In this document: positions 24,070 through 36,712 of the stretch, piece after piece
How the letters are laid out: each line of letters starts with the position of its first letter
Numbering within the stretch: the first letter of the stretch is position 1
Source: Octopus sinensis
Taxonomy: Eukaryota
Assembly (NCBI RefSeq): GCF_006345805.1
Contig: NC_043005.1
Span: forward strand, 98,580,001 to 98,644,000
Length of the DNA stretch: 64,000 nucleotides
Reading direction: 5' to 3'
Translations under genes and position numbers: made by a program
The notes under the pieces: generated by a model
The model's database searches: none
The model's input: only the letters and a program-made list of their open reading frames with translations
Told to the model about the DNA's origin: nothing

Positions 24070-24800
24070 AAGCAGGTTAACAAGTCAGGTATAGTGTGGA
24101 GGCATGGGCTGTTGCATTGCATTGCTGCATTCACCATTTGTTGGTATATTCCTGGGTTCTCTTGGGTGACCAGTCAGACAGAGTCCCAATCAGCTCCTAT
24201 CTCAGTGAGATACCTCCTTCATCTGCTGTGACCTTGTAGCATGTGGTTGACCAACATGTGCCATCAATCCTGCTGGATCTTTGATAAAAAGAACATCGTA
24301 AATAGGTTCTAACTTGGAAAATCAAGCAACAATCTGAGCTGGTCCCTCCTGAATCATACAAGCTGCAGAACACATCCTAGTTTCCGAGTAGAGTTGTTAG
24401 TTGAATAGGAAGTCCAGCCAATGATAACCCATAATTCTGCAAAGCATCCTGGCACTAAAGGAGTTCAGGCAGCTTTTAAGGGCCCCAGACAGTGTCCCTG
24501 TCACACAACTATACAGCAAGACAGATGTAAAAATCTGAACCTTTGGACAAGGTGTTTGGCACTGCCAATATCTGTGCAGGTTAACAAAGATGATAAATGT
24601 CTTATGTCATGGATGCACACGTACAGTAGCAACTAGCATATGTGAAACAGATTCCCTCTGAAATGTTTGCACTGCCAATATCTGTGCAGGTTAACAAAGA
24701 TGATAAATGTCTTATGTCATGGATGCACACGTACAGTAAGCACTGAGCATCTGTGAAACAGATTCCCTCAAATGTCTGAACAACTCTTTGGAAGTAGTTG
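24070..24800 (-). mobile_element. Old RTE-like LINE 3' remnant
   Basis: Heavily disrupted minus-strand sequence resembling an RTE RT C-terminus (SNSYRETRMC.A.C.I.E.QLR.F); no intact ORF. Confidence 0.4.
24553..24769 (+). repeat. Tandem duplication, ~110-bp unit
   Basis: tgtttggcactgccaatatc...aaacagattccctc occurs at 24553 and 24664; the copies differ mostly by single-base indels. Confidence 0.9.
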
Positions 24801-25026
24801 ATTGCTTTCTGTTACTTAGATGACCAAACTAGCAATTGGGATGGGGTGGGTTTTCTGAAAGGAGCTTTTTCCTCTGCTGGTAACAAGGGTTTCTGTCTTA
24901 GATAAGGGCAGATTCTACGATGATATTTATATACATACACAGGTTTCTCTGCATCTTTATTCATTTTAATCTTCCAACTCATTTTCCTTCTACTTCACTC
25001 TTTTGCTCTATATATCTCATTCCATA

Positions 25027-25870
25027 TATGAGGTCTGATCAATAAGTATCTGGAATGTTGCCATAATAATGAAGTTAAAGTGTGCAGAGTGAAGCCACCT
25101 GGTAAAAATTGACTTGAACTCTGCTGTACATGTGCAGTAAGTTTTAACTTTCTAGCTCACTTCTGCTGTTTATAGCAGTGCTTGGAAGGAAGGTATGTAG
25201 CATGTGATCATCGCGTTGACCATAACAGAGAAAGTTGTCATGGCGATACCTGCTCAGAGGCTTTCACAAAGTTGCAGAAAGTGTATGGAGAGGAGTGTAT
25301 GAGCCACACACAAGTGTATGAGTGGTTCCAAGATAGTCGTTCTGGGATGAATGTTCTGGGAGACCTGCAACCAGCAGAACTGAGAAAAACATTGCAGCTG
25401 TGAGGAAAATCATCGAATCACCATCCATGGGATATCAGAGGATGTGCAGATTAGTTACTGTTCAGTTCAGTTGATTATCACTGAAGATTTGGATATGAGA
25501 TGCATGTCTGCCAAGTTGACCAAAAAGACACTTGGGTTTTAGTTGCACAAGATCTCTTTGATTGTCTCGAGAACGATGAAAACTTTTTAAAAACTTTGCA
25601 TAGGCCTCTGAGCAGGTATCGCCAAGCTTTCGGCAAAATTTGATACAGATTCTCTGCTCAACTTTCTCTGTCATGGTCAATGTGATGATCACACACTACA
25701 CACCTTCCTTCCAAGCACTGCTATAAGCAGCGGAAGTGAGCTAGGACATTAAAACTTAGTGTGCATGCACAGCAGAGGTCAAGGTCAATTTATGCCAAGC
25801 AATTTTACCCTGCATGCTTTAGCTTCATTACTATGGCGATAGGCTGGATATTTCTTGATCAGACCATGTA
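25027..25870. mobile_element. Mariner-derived fold-back MITE made of two 5' ends
   Basis: TA-TGAGGTCTGATCAA...TTGATCAGACCATG-TA termini. Both arms encode the transposase N-terminus: (+) GDTCSEAFTKLQKVYGEECMSHTQVYEWF and (-) MTEKVEQRICIKFCRKLGDTCSEAYAK. Confidence 0.85.
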
Positions 25871-25889
25871 TACATCTCTTCCATTCAGC

Positions 25890-26222
25890 TCTCTCTTACC
25901 AACCACATGGTTCTGGGTTCAGTCCCACTGCATGGCACCTTGGGCAAGTGTCTTCTACTATAGCCTCGGGCCGCCAAAGCTTTGTGAGTGGATTTGGTAG
26001 ACGGAAACTGAAAGAAGCCTGTCATATATATGTGTGTGTATATATATTTATATATATATATATGTGTGTGTGTTTGTCCCCTCAACATCGCTTGACAACT
26101 GATTCTAGTGTGTTTACGTCCCCGTAACTTAGCGGTTCAGCAATAGTCCTGGGGTCGATTTTCTTGACTAAAGGTGGTGCTCCAGCATAGCCACAGTCAA
26201 ATGACTGAAACGAGTATAAGAG
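25890..26222 (+). mobile_element. SINE family C
   Basis: Matches 8970-9368 with a truncated 5' end and an internal deletion. Confidence 0.8.
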
Positions 26223-26654
26223 TATAGTTTTGAAATTTTGATGATGTGATTGTATATTTTTAGTATGTCATTGCCAAGTAGATGTGAGAGGTTAAATCTG
26301 GCCAGTTTGAGCAAAAAAACATGTAGAATATTTTGGCTGGATATGGCCGGTTTAAATGCTAAAGGGTTAAAGTCCCTCTTCTGATCTTATTTGTTTGACT
26401 AGTTCTGTCAAATGAAGCAAATTGGTATTTATCATTAATCATTATTATAATTCATTGATAATATTTATTAAAGTTTTATATTTGAGTGTTTTATTTGATC
26501 ATAGCCCAACCATACTAGTAAGGAGGAAGAGTTTCGGTTTTTAACTCAATGTTCAAGTAAAATGAGAACAGGGGTTAATATCGTATACATATATGATTTT
26601 GGAAAGGTATTTACTGTTCCTGATAAACCTATTAATGTGTGTGGTATAGTGATT

Positions 26655-27031
26655 TGAGTGTTGTGTTCACTATTGGTAGGTTGTGGGCTCTGTTCTTAGT
26701 TTGGGTCACATATTGTGTTCTTGAGTAAGGCATTTCATTTCTGACTGCCCAAGTCCACTCAGCTAAAATGAACATCAGCAATAGCTGACAAGTGACTGTG
26801 TGACAGATTGGTGTCCTGTTCAGGAGTAGCTTTGTATGCTCATTGATGAGTGTTGTTTCACTATTGGTAGGTGTGGGCTCTGTTTTAGTTTGGGTCACAT
26901 ATTGTGTTCTGAGTAAGGCATTTCATTTCTGACTGCCCAAGTCCACTCAGCTAAAATGAACATCAGCAATAGCTGACAAGTGAACTGTGTGACAGATTGG
27001 TGTCCTGTTCAGGAGTAGCTTTGTATGCTCA
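26655..27031 (+). repeat. Tandem duplication (~190-bp unit) of an old CORE-like SINE
   Basis: tgagtgttg...tttgtatgctca at 26655 and 26847; differences are mainly single-base indels. Confidence 0.9.
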
Positions 27032-27436
27032 ATTGCTGAAGTGAATTGCTTAAGGAAACCAGTATATGTTATGCACCAGTGGGCCGGTTGGTTTGGATCA
27101 GACTTGATAAATCTGATAAACAATAACATAAATACAGGAAATACTGTAAATATCATATAATTATATAACACTTAAAAATATATATACTCTATGAAATATC
27201 TAACATTAAAGTATGTAAAAATTAAAAAGTTAATATTGTAAGTTGTTAACTTCATTTACATGTGGAAAATGATAGATGAGCTTGATATGGTAGAGGCAGA
27301 TTGTCAACGTGAGTTAGTGGAGTCCTGATGCTCCTTTGGTCCTCACTTCTGAGATGACTGAGGAGAGCCTAAGTCAATATCACCAGGGGGCTTATCAATT
27401 GTGGCAGGTTTGAAAAGAGTTGAGTTTCAGCTTACC

Positions 27437-27820
27437 TTGCTGTTGCTGTTGAGCGAACGGTCTTCGTCCCAGAGCTCGCAAGATGGGAGAAATCCGAAAC
27501 GTGGTCCTTTGCTATTCATAAGACCCGCAGAAGAGAAAGCAGGTTAACCCCCGACACTGAGAGCATCGACGGATGGATGAATGCGCATCCAGGCTCAGTG
27601 GTTGTGTTGGAAGTTGGGGACAAGAAACAGGAAGAAAGTGTGAGAGAAAGTTGGAGCGAAAGAGTACAACAGGGGTCGCCACCACCCCCTGCCGGAGCCT
27701 CGTGGAGCTTTTAGGTGTTTTTGCTCAATAAACACACACATCGCCCGGTCTGGGAATCGAAACTGTGATCCTCCGACCGCGAGTTCGCTGCCCTAATCAT
27801 TGGGCCATTGCACCTCCACT
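27437..27820 (-). mobile_element. tRNA(Arg-like)-derived SINE family F
   Basis: Minus strand gtggaggtgcaatggcccaatgattagggcagcgaactcgcggtcggaggatcacagtttcgattcccagaccgggc... with a (CAA/CAG)n tail. The head is shared with 49084-49388. Confidence 0.8.
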
Positions 27821-29514
27821 GCTGATGCTGTCTCTAGATAATGAGTTTTTTTAAGGTTCCAAGATGTTGATAATATTGCTCAACATTAGTTTCTGTTCAT
27901 GAGTTAGTTTATAAAATGACAAAGGATTTTCATATATCAGAGTTTTTTTCTGTTAGCGTGTAATATCCAAGTTAACATTTTGTATCTCCTAGCCAGGTTC
28001 TGACATTTTCTTTGACATCTGTTTTGCCTGTCCTTTGGAATATATGATGAAAATCTTTTGTCTCATATACTACAAAAACGTATTCTACTGCTTCGTCACC
28101 CAAAAGTTATTTTCTGGTTGTTGGTTAGAATGGTAGTCTTCAGTGGTTTCTATGATGTTGTTAAATTGAATAATACAGGATTTGGGGTTGTAGTTCTTGG
28201 TGTTACCAAGAGTTCTTTGTTCTAATCCTTTTTCTCTAAGATCATCCTTTTCTTTCACCATTAGTACTTTCTACTCCTCATCAGCAGAAGATTTGAGGAC
28301 ATCTTGTTACTGTAGGAATGAAATGTGAGAAAACTTGCTCACTAAAAATGTGAATGTTAAATCACAATTTATTAGGATAACATGCTGGCGGATAGTGCAT
28401 TATGTCTTTCAAGTCTCACGACCGTGACCATAACTTTATAAAGTTCTAAGTTGTCTCTGTAGGCACAGCACTATGCTGAAAAATGTTCCTCATTTAATTT
28501 ACAACCTGGTGTGGAGGTTCCGTTTTAAAAGCTTGGTTAATGTACAGCTAGTACAGCTCAATTGCATTTCCATTATACATGGAGTAAATTAGGAGCCTTC
28601 TCAACTTATTCATTTTTTTTCTTGACTGGTTGAGCTTCCTTGGTTTGTGTGCTCCCTGCTTCACCTTGGGCAATTTCATTATCCATTTCATTGTGATTTC
28701 TAAATTACCATAACTACCTGTCACTAGCTGTGAAACTGTGGATGTTGTTACTCTAGGATTGTTGATGGTTAAACTACTTCATCAGTGTCTTTTCAACATT
28801 GATATATTTTGAAGTTCACATATGCTTCCTTGTACTGGCAAATAATGATTTAGAATTTACATCAACATTATATTTCAAATGAAATAGCCATGCATATATC
28901 TGCAAGCTGTTTACTTTTCACACCATACTTTTTACAAACTCTTTATCATCAAAGTACAAGCCTGTAACTTCCTTATACATTCCAGTTTTTGGTTCACAGA
29001 CTGGGCCACACAATTCTTCAGATGATTTCTCTCTCATCAAACTATGATATAAAATACAAACCTGAAAGATGCCTAATCACTGAAATATCCATAGTTATTG
29101 CAAGGCAACACAATATATGGTAGATATGGTAGTTATTGTCATGGCGTCCACTATACGATTATGTCAAATCTGCAAGTATATGTATTCCTCAAAAATACCC
29201 ATTCTTGCTTTATGCTACTTCGAGCTTGCTTCTGAGTGTGAATTATTAAATTTGAAAATAAATTACTGCTAGTTTATATAAAGAAACCACAAGAACAGAA
29301 TTATTTTTGAGAAATCAGTTTATCAATAAATTTTCAGTGAATTAAACATTCAACTTCTTGCCACAAAAATGCACTGTTTATTATAGGGGAGTGTGAAAGT
29401 AAATAAGAAATAATCCTATACAAGTACTATAGATAAAAAGTAGCAGGGAGATCAGTTTCCAATCTTAGGTAGGTGTGCAGCACTCACCTAGCACACTCAG
29501 TGTTATTTGCTAAT

Positions 29515-30520
29515 TACTGGTATTGAAAAAGTATGAAAAATGGCTATTATTTTTTTTAGACTTTGCTTTTGTTAACTGCATAATGAAATTTACCTATTTC
29601 CTAGTGGACATAAGGTCAGAAAAAAGAAAACATATAAAATGTGTTTATACTTTAGTTATATAAAAGTTTGATCTTTGCTACAGACAGAGAAGAAATTGTG
29701 AAGGTACTTAAAGATTGGTGACTGTTTATCAAGACAAGAGCCATGACAAATTGTTTCATAAATCCCTATTTTATGCTCAATATTTGAAGTAACATCCTCC
29801 AAGGGTTCACTAACATTTGGTATTGTTTCCCTCCACAAAAAACTTGGTCTGTTATAGTCATTGACATTTTTGACAGTGTGACACCGAGTCCCGTCCTAAA
29901 GGCAAAGATTGCAAGAAAATTCAATAAAGTTGCCTTGAAGAACCATCAGGAATGTCCCTATTCTGAAATCTGATAATTCACCAGCCATATTCCTCATACT
30001 TCAAGGTATTTAGCAAAGGCTCAACACTCCTGTATTTTTCTCTGACATGCACTAAATGTCCTCAGAGAAAAGACATGCTTCTTTTCCCACTATGGCTTTG
30101 AAGCTTCTAAAGAGGTGTGACTTTGGTTACAAGTGATCCTGATTGCCTCAAACTATATTTTGGCAGTAGAGCTCATCTTGATAAATGAAGATCCTTGAAT
30201 AACTCAGGTGATGTTTCCTCTGACCTGTGGCTTGCAGATTTTCATCTAATCAGTTCCAATATTTGAGCCAAGACATCAAAATTTTGGCATTGGATTTATG
30301 AGATCAAGTTTCTGCAGTCATTTTGGTTGGGGGCAGAATGGCTTTGTTCCTTAGTTACATTTCTGGAATTGTCATTTATATTTATAGCACCTTCCTGTTC
30401 TGACTTGTTTCTCTCTATTGAAGACAGCTGTGTTCTTTTTAGTAGAATGAGTATTGTGAGCTTAGAGTAATGTAGCCCTGGGATGATGGGTTATGGAAAG
30501 TCCAGATATATGGTAGCACA
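29515..30520 (-). mobile_element. Degenerate Chapaev3-like (CMC) DNA transposase remnant
   Basis: Disrupted minus-strand peptides in the expected order: TIYLDFP, PNQND, NAKILMSWLKYWN.LDENLQ, YCQNI, RSFKAI, GHLVHVREKYRSVEPLLNTLKYEEYGW, SCNLCL.DG, HKIG.MKQFV, LDKQSPIFKYL. These resemble the FIDSSK.SLKA / H.KE.Y / CFLC.WDSR / LHIKLG.MKQFVKAL motifs. Confidence 0.55.
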
Positions 30521-33183
30521 TGCGTTCTTGTTAGCCAAACATTTGGGAGAGTCAAGTCATGCAGAAATAGAAATTGCTTGAGTGATCAGTGAATTCTTGC
30601 TCAAATCAAGAGACAGCAAACTTCATGGTTCTCTTTTTTTTTCTGCATTATTCTGCAAAAGAGCAAAATAAAATTATTAAGAAGAAATAAATTTATTTTT
30701 CCTTTGAGTAATGAGTTGGTGGTTCCTGCAACATTTCATGTTTGATATATCTTTTCTGTAACACTGGAAACCCCCAAAAAATTTCTAAATATTCAAAATA
30801 TTTTCTTTTGCAATATAAAATTTACACTATTCAAGCAAGCAAAAATTGTCCATTTTACCTTGCAGAGCTTTTTTTTAAATTTTGAAATGTTTGCTGGTAA
30901 AATGAGGTGAGGTGTTTGTTTTGTCTTGATCCTGACAGCCTTGAAGTCTCTCCCATTTTAGTGGATGTGGTCAGAGAGTACTTTTGTGTTTATGTTTTGA
31001 TAAATTGGTCACAGACACAGCACAATGTGTCTGCCTGATACTTGCAGTCTCTTGACGCCATTGCTGGTACATGCAGATAAGCTTATTCATTTAGGCATTG
31101 GGACCTAAACTAAACTGGTGAGTCCTATTGGTGGTCACTGTATTTATATTACTATTTATTATTGGAAAGTTGAAAAATCTAGAAATTCTAGAAAGTTGCC
31201 GAAAATTCTCTGTCAGCTACTCAGTACTGAATCTATCTGAAATGTTTTCAAAATGTCATTTCTGAGGTCACAAGTTACAAAAGAAAAGTTTGAAGAGAAT
31301 AATAACCAATTTATTCATATGCAATAAGAGAATAACGCTTAGTACTCAGGAACAAAGTAAATGTTTTGTTGCTTGGTATAATCAAAGATAGTGGCAAAAG
31401 TCAGCACTAACAGCTACTCTATTAGCTCAGATTTCATCCAACTGATAACTGGTTAAACTGTGTAGGGTTTAATGGGGGTGTTCTCACATGTGGTTATGCT
31501 CACTAACTCACTAAGTGTGTGTATGTATCTGGTAATGCAGTATAAAAATTATATACATAGTCCACTAGTTTTTTTACTGTGAATAAGCCAGCTGATTCGA
31601 AGCAGAACTGTGGCACAGTGCTAAATATTTGGGTTGTGGGAAATCCATAAGTACTTTATACTGGTTCATGTGCACTTTATCTTGAGGTGTTTGTTGTAGT
31701 GTCATGTAAATTGATCATTTGTGTCTGGATTACTGTGTTGGTGAATGTTGTTTGTTAATTTAGGTACATTATGTATAGCATATTGTCTTTGAATGTTTAT
31801 AAATTTTGGTAGTCATAGCTGTAAGAAAGAGTAAAGTGGATGTGATCAAAGCATGATTACTCTGAATGTTTAGGATTAATAACTCAGCACAATAACTGTC
31901 AGTGTTGCAATTATTTCACTGTGTGTGTTAGCAGTAACATTGCTACCAGCTGGATGAATGGTCGGGTGGAAGGAACTAAGAAGGAGGGCTAGAAAGAGGG
32001 GAATGGATTTTTTTTTACTTAAATGAGTATTGCAGACAGCCATTGAGAACTAACATTCCCAGTGTCATGAGGCCATTTCTATGAGACCTATTCTTAAAAC
32101 ATACATTTCTCTTCTGCAACAAAGTTAACATTTTTTACCTTATACATAATTACACTAACTGTATTTAGATGACAATAATGTCTTGGTCTATTAATACATC
32201 TCTGTATGGGTAAATGGTCATCTGGTTGTAGGTGCAGTTGTAACTGTGGACTTTAATGTATATATAATCTGTGGCTGTATATACTTTTGCTGATGGATAT
32301 CAAATCTCTGTTGTTGTATAATGCACACAGTGTTACAAAGTCAATGCTAACTATTCACTCTCTGCCTCTCTCTCTCTCTCTCTCTGAGACAGACAGTCAG
32401 ACAAACATACATAGTTGATGATTGAGATATTGGCTATATATTCACAAACTCATTTGATACTGTTTTTGAATAGCACTTAATATCATAATGTATATAATAA
32501 TATCTATTTCCACTCTACTGCACTGTAGCATAGAAATGTACTTGTCATTTGTTGCTGCTTAGCTTCAGATCAATCCTGAACGAACAGGTCTGATCAAAGG
32601 CATTCCAAGCATAACCATATCCTGATATTATCTGACAGTAAGATATAATTTGAGGGCTATTGTTATTTCTAGTAGGTTGAGTGACTATGTAGAGGCCCCG
32701 TCCCCTTGCTTTGTATACATACTTATTACTAGTTATACGAACTGTATGTTTACTGATGATGTGGGATGGTGTTTACTATATGATTACTATATGATGTTTA
32801 TGATGGTATAACACATGCATGTACACACACAGAGACCAATTTAGTCAAGAGAGGTGCATAATGCATAATCTATGACTGTTACAGGCCCTTCTGGAGTGTT
32901 GAGGTCAGATTAGTTGCTGTCTAGATTGAATGTTTGAAATTTGGAGCCTGAAGACACCTTTAGGGAAAGAAATATTTAGTGTGAGTTTGGGGGATTAAAC
33001 CAAGTAGAATAACTAGCAGAAGGCTCATTTGATGCAAGTGTCATGCAGCTAGCCAATTCAGAGGAGCACGTGTCATTGTAATTGAAGGAAAAGAAGCAGA
33101 GAAAAGTCTGAACTAAAGGTTGTAGTATGTTAGTGATTGGATCTCTGATAGTCAGCTAAAATTGTTTCCTTTTAGATGTGATC

Positions 33184-33404
33184 TACGAAGGGGTGCTGAA
33201 AAGTTCCTCGCTTTGGGTAAAAGAAAATACAGGAGGATCAGTTAATTATGATTTTATTCAACATGTTCCCCTCCTCTCAGATTCACACACTTATTGTAGT
33301 CCTTAAGTTTTTCTAAGCTCTATAAATGTACTTGGACAGTAGGGCCTCCAACTAGGCCTTTTGCGATACCCTTAAAGTCAAGAACTTTTCAGCACCCCCT
33401 CATA
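33184..33404. mobile_element. Mariner-type MITE
   Basis: TA-CGAAGGGGTGCTGAAAAGTTC ... GAACTTTTCAGCACCCCCTCA-TA: TIRs with TA target duplication. Confidence 0.85.
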
Positions 33405-34108
33405 GATGTCTTAGCAAGTATACATAATTTATTCATCCTTTCAAAATGCATGAAAAATACTTCACTAACTCAGCACATTTGGGAGTCTGAAGAACATACC
33501 AATAAGTTAGCCTCTTGTTAGAGTATTTTAACTCAATTTATTGAAAAGGTGTATGTAATGCCTGGTTGATAAGTATTATAACATTCTTATGCAATCTTTT
33601 GTTATTGATGCTCAACAAAAGGCAAATGGTGGTGTTTAGTTAGTGCTGAGGATCAGCAGCCCATTGCAGTAATAGAAAAGAGAGAGGAGACGTATCTGTG
33701 GGCCTGAGGTAGGAGGAGTGTGTTGGTGAGTGACTTCATGTCAGTCAGTTACTGCCAAACCATTGCTGGTAACAACATCTAATCATATCATAATATTCAG
33801 TAATCTTCCACACTTGACCAATAATGTTGTTGCATTTTCTGTGCTAGTTGAGAACCTGATTTTCTTAATACGTTTGAAGTATGTGTAAGGAAAATGTATT
33901 CCAGAATGGACTGGCTTGGTGCAGCTTTAGGTCTGAATGCGTGTGTATGTGTGTGCACACACATGTGAGCATGCACAGGAGTGATGATTTTTATTATAAG
34001 CTATGTGTACTTACTATTAATGATTGTAAATCATATTTTCACATTGTTGTTGTTTGTGTGTGTCCCTTCCATATACATGCATACTAATTGCAACAATCAT
34101 GTACATCA

Positions 34109-34156
<48 letters not shown>

Positions 34157-34169
34157 GTATGTATATCTT

Positions 34170-34363
34170 TTACGTGCCGGTGGCACGTAAAAAGCACCCA
34201 CTACACTCTTGGAGTGGTTGGCGTTAGGAAGAGCATCCAGCTGTAGAAACTCTGCCAGATCAAGATTGGAGCCTGGTGCAGCTATCTGGTTTGCCAGCCC
34301 TCAGTCAAAAATCGTCCAACCCATGCTAGCATGGAAAGCAGACATTAAACGATGATGATGATG
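34170..34363 (+). mobile_element. SINE family D 3' part
   Basis: gccggtggcacgtaaaaagcacccactacactc...aaacgatgatgatgat. Confidence 0.85.
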
Positions 34364-34421
34364 ATATATGTATGTAACTATGTGTACATGTATGCTTATG
34401 TATAGCTGTCTATATGTTTAT

Positions 34422-34765
34422 GTGAAGGCATATGACTCAGTGGTTAGAGTGCTGGGCTTCCAGTTGTGAGATTGTGAGTTCGATGTCCTGGACCAGGCTG
34501 TGTGTTGTGTTCTTGAGCAAGACACTTTATTTCATGTTGCTTCAGTTCACTCAGCTGTAGAAATGAGTTGCAACACCACTGGTGCCAAGCTGTATTGGCC
34601 TTTGCCTGTCCCTTGGATAGCATCAATGGCATGGAGTGGGGGGACTTGTATGCATGGGCAACTGCTGGTCTTCCACAAACAACCTTGCCTGGACTTGTGC
34701 CTCTGAGGGGAATTTTCTAGGTGTAATCCCATTGTCATTCATGGCCAAACGGGGTCTTTATCCTT
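34422..34765 (+). mobile_element. SINE family B
   Basis: gtgaaggcatatgactcagtggttagagtg...gagttcgat...ttgagcaagacactttatttc...ctaggtgtaatcccattgtcattcatg. Confidence 0.85.
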
Positions 34766-35262
34766 TATATATGTTTATGTATAGATGTATGTATACTCAT
34801 AACTCCTTATGCATTCAGGTATAAATTGTGTACACATCTGATAATGGTACATAAACATACTGACACTGATAAATTACATGTTGCTCATGCAACTGAAATA
34901 GTCTTCCTTTCAACTTCTCAATTAATTCATTCTCTATTGTGAGACACACAAATCAATCTTGAATATTTGTAGTAAGTATTATGGTATTTTTCTAAATTAT
35001 GTCTCTGTACTTGACATTTGTTAACAGTATTTATCCTGACATCCACATACAGTGATGATGATGACGATGGTTATAAGCATTCTCTATTGATTGTAATGAT
35101 CATAAACCACAGACTCACTCACAGTGATGGCTATGTGCATACATTATTGATCACAATCATCACACACTCACACAGTGATTGTAAAGTTTGCATATTGATA
35201 ATATCATAGACACATGGCTAACCACTTAACAGTGGTGGTGATCATTCACATTAATTATAAAA

Positions 35263-35288
35263 TCTCTCTCTCTCTCTCTCTCTCTCAC

Positions 35289-35355
<67 letters not shown>
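35263..35355. repeat. (TC)n(CA)n compound microsatellite
   Basis: Directly visible. Confidence 0.95.
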
Positions 35356-35357
<2 letters not shown>

Positions 35358-35599
35358 TTAGTGAAATTTCATTACTATAAGAACTTGGGATGGAAATGGG
35401 AGATTATGACATTCATATCTTTCCTTTAAAGAACCTTCATACAGTAATCCTTTCCTGCTACTGAAACCAGTTATAGATGGCTATCACTGCACCATAACAT
35501 AATTGTTTTTGTAGTTGGACTCACCGTAGAGAAAAGATTTGATAATTTACACCACCTATTTATATTAGTTGTGAAGTGAAAGATGTTTGGTTTCTTTCA

Positions 35600-36600
35600 T
35601 GTTAGTCAGAAGGAGTGGGATGAGTTGTGGCTATGTCGTTTGAGGGCCTTCTCAATCTGCTGAGATTGACAGTATATCCAGTTAGATGTTCTGTAGTTCA
35701 ACATCTGCAAGAAAAATGCTGGGTTGTAGAGGGTTGCTATCTTGGTGAAGAAGGAATGAATAAAGTTTAGTGTGCAATCAGAGAAGTAACATTGAGCTAG
35801 CTTGTTCAGACAAGCAGAGGCTGTAGTACTAACAGCAGAAGAAAACGAAGAAACCATGTCTTTGAACCAGCGGTTGTAGCATTGTGGTCAGTATTTGTCC
35901 ATTGGTTGAATGAACTACATTTAGAAGTAGAATATTTGTGCATGCAACAGCAGTAAAATACCAGGTACATGAGCAGTAGTCTTCTATGAATCTTATACAG
36001 TTGGCAACTAATGAAGAGTGAACTTGTTTCTGGGCCTAAAGAGAAAGTCTAGTGTTTGGGATACATTTTATCAATATTAGATATAAGGTGCCATGAGAAA
36101 TGATTACATCGAGAGGTATATCTTGTGTTTTGTTTGTTCTTGTGCAGAGGAATGGTAAAAGACTGTTTCGATGGAATGTGTAGTTATTCTCTTGGTTCTG
36201 TTGAAACACGGTTATTATGTTCTCACTTAAGAAGGTTTCCAAAGTGTCTTTTTACAAAATTACTAGAAGTTTGGTATGTTGATGTGGGTGGATGATGCCT
36301 CTATGCAGAAGGTGTTTGAAAAGTGAAAAATGGTTTCGTATGCATTGGAATGTGTACTGCTAGACATGATAACAACTAGGTCACTGATATTTAGAAAGAT
36401 TTTGGGGAACTTAACTGAACTTTGATCTACTCCATAGCCAATAGTGTGGATTGGAGAGAACCCTGTCAGCTCATGCTGCAATGGTGCTGTCTGATTAGCA
36501 ACTCCTGATGACAGGATGAAGCCAATAAGTGGAGAAAGAGTTTCCAGTAAATCTGGCTCTGTGAAAGATGTACGGGTAGAGAGAGCAAGAGAAAGATTCA
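35600..36600 (-). mobile_element. Very old LINE RT remnant
   Basis: Minus-strand GVDQSSVKFPKIFLNISDL resembles the RT motif GVPQGSVLSPLLFNIY..DL; otherwise highly degraded. Confidence 0.3.
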
Positions 36601-36712
36601 CAATTATGAAGGGTGATTGTTTACAACTGCTTCTACCATCCTTGAGACTGTATTTTTCTTAGAATTGGAAATTAATGCATTTCTATAGATTAAGAAAAAT
36701 TCCTGCAGAGAG

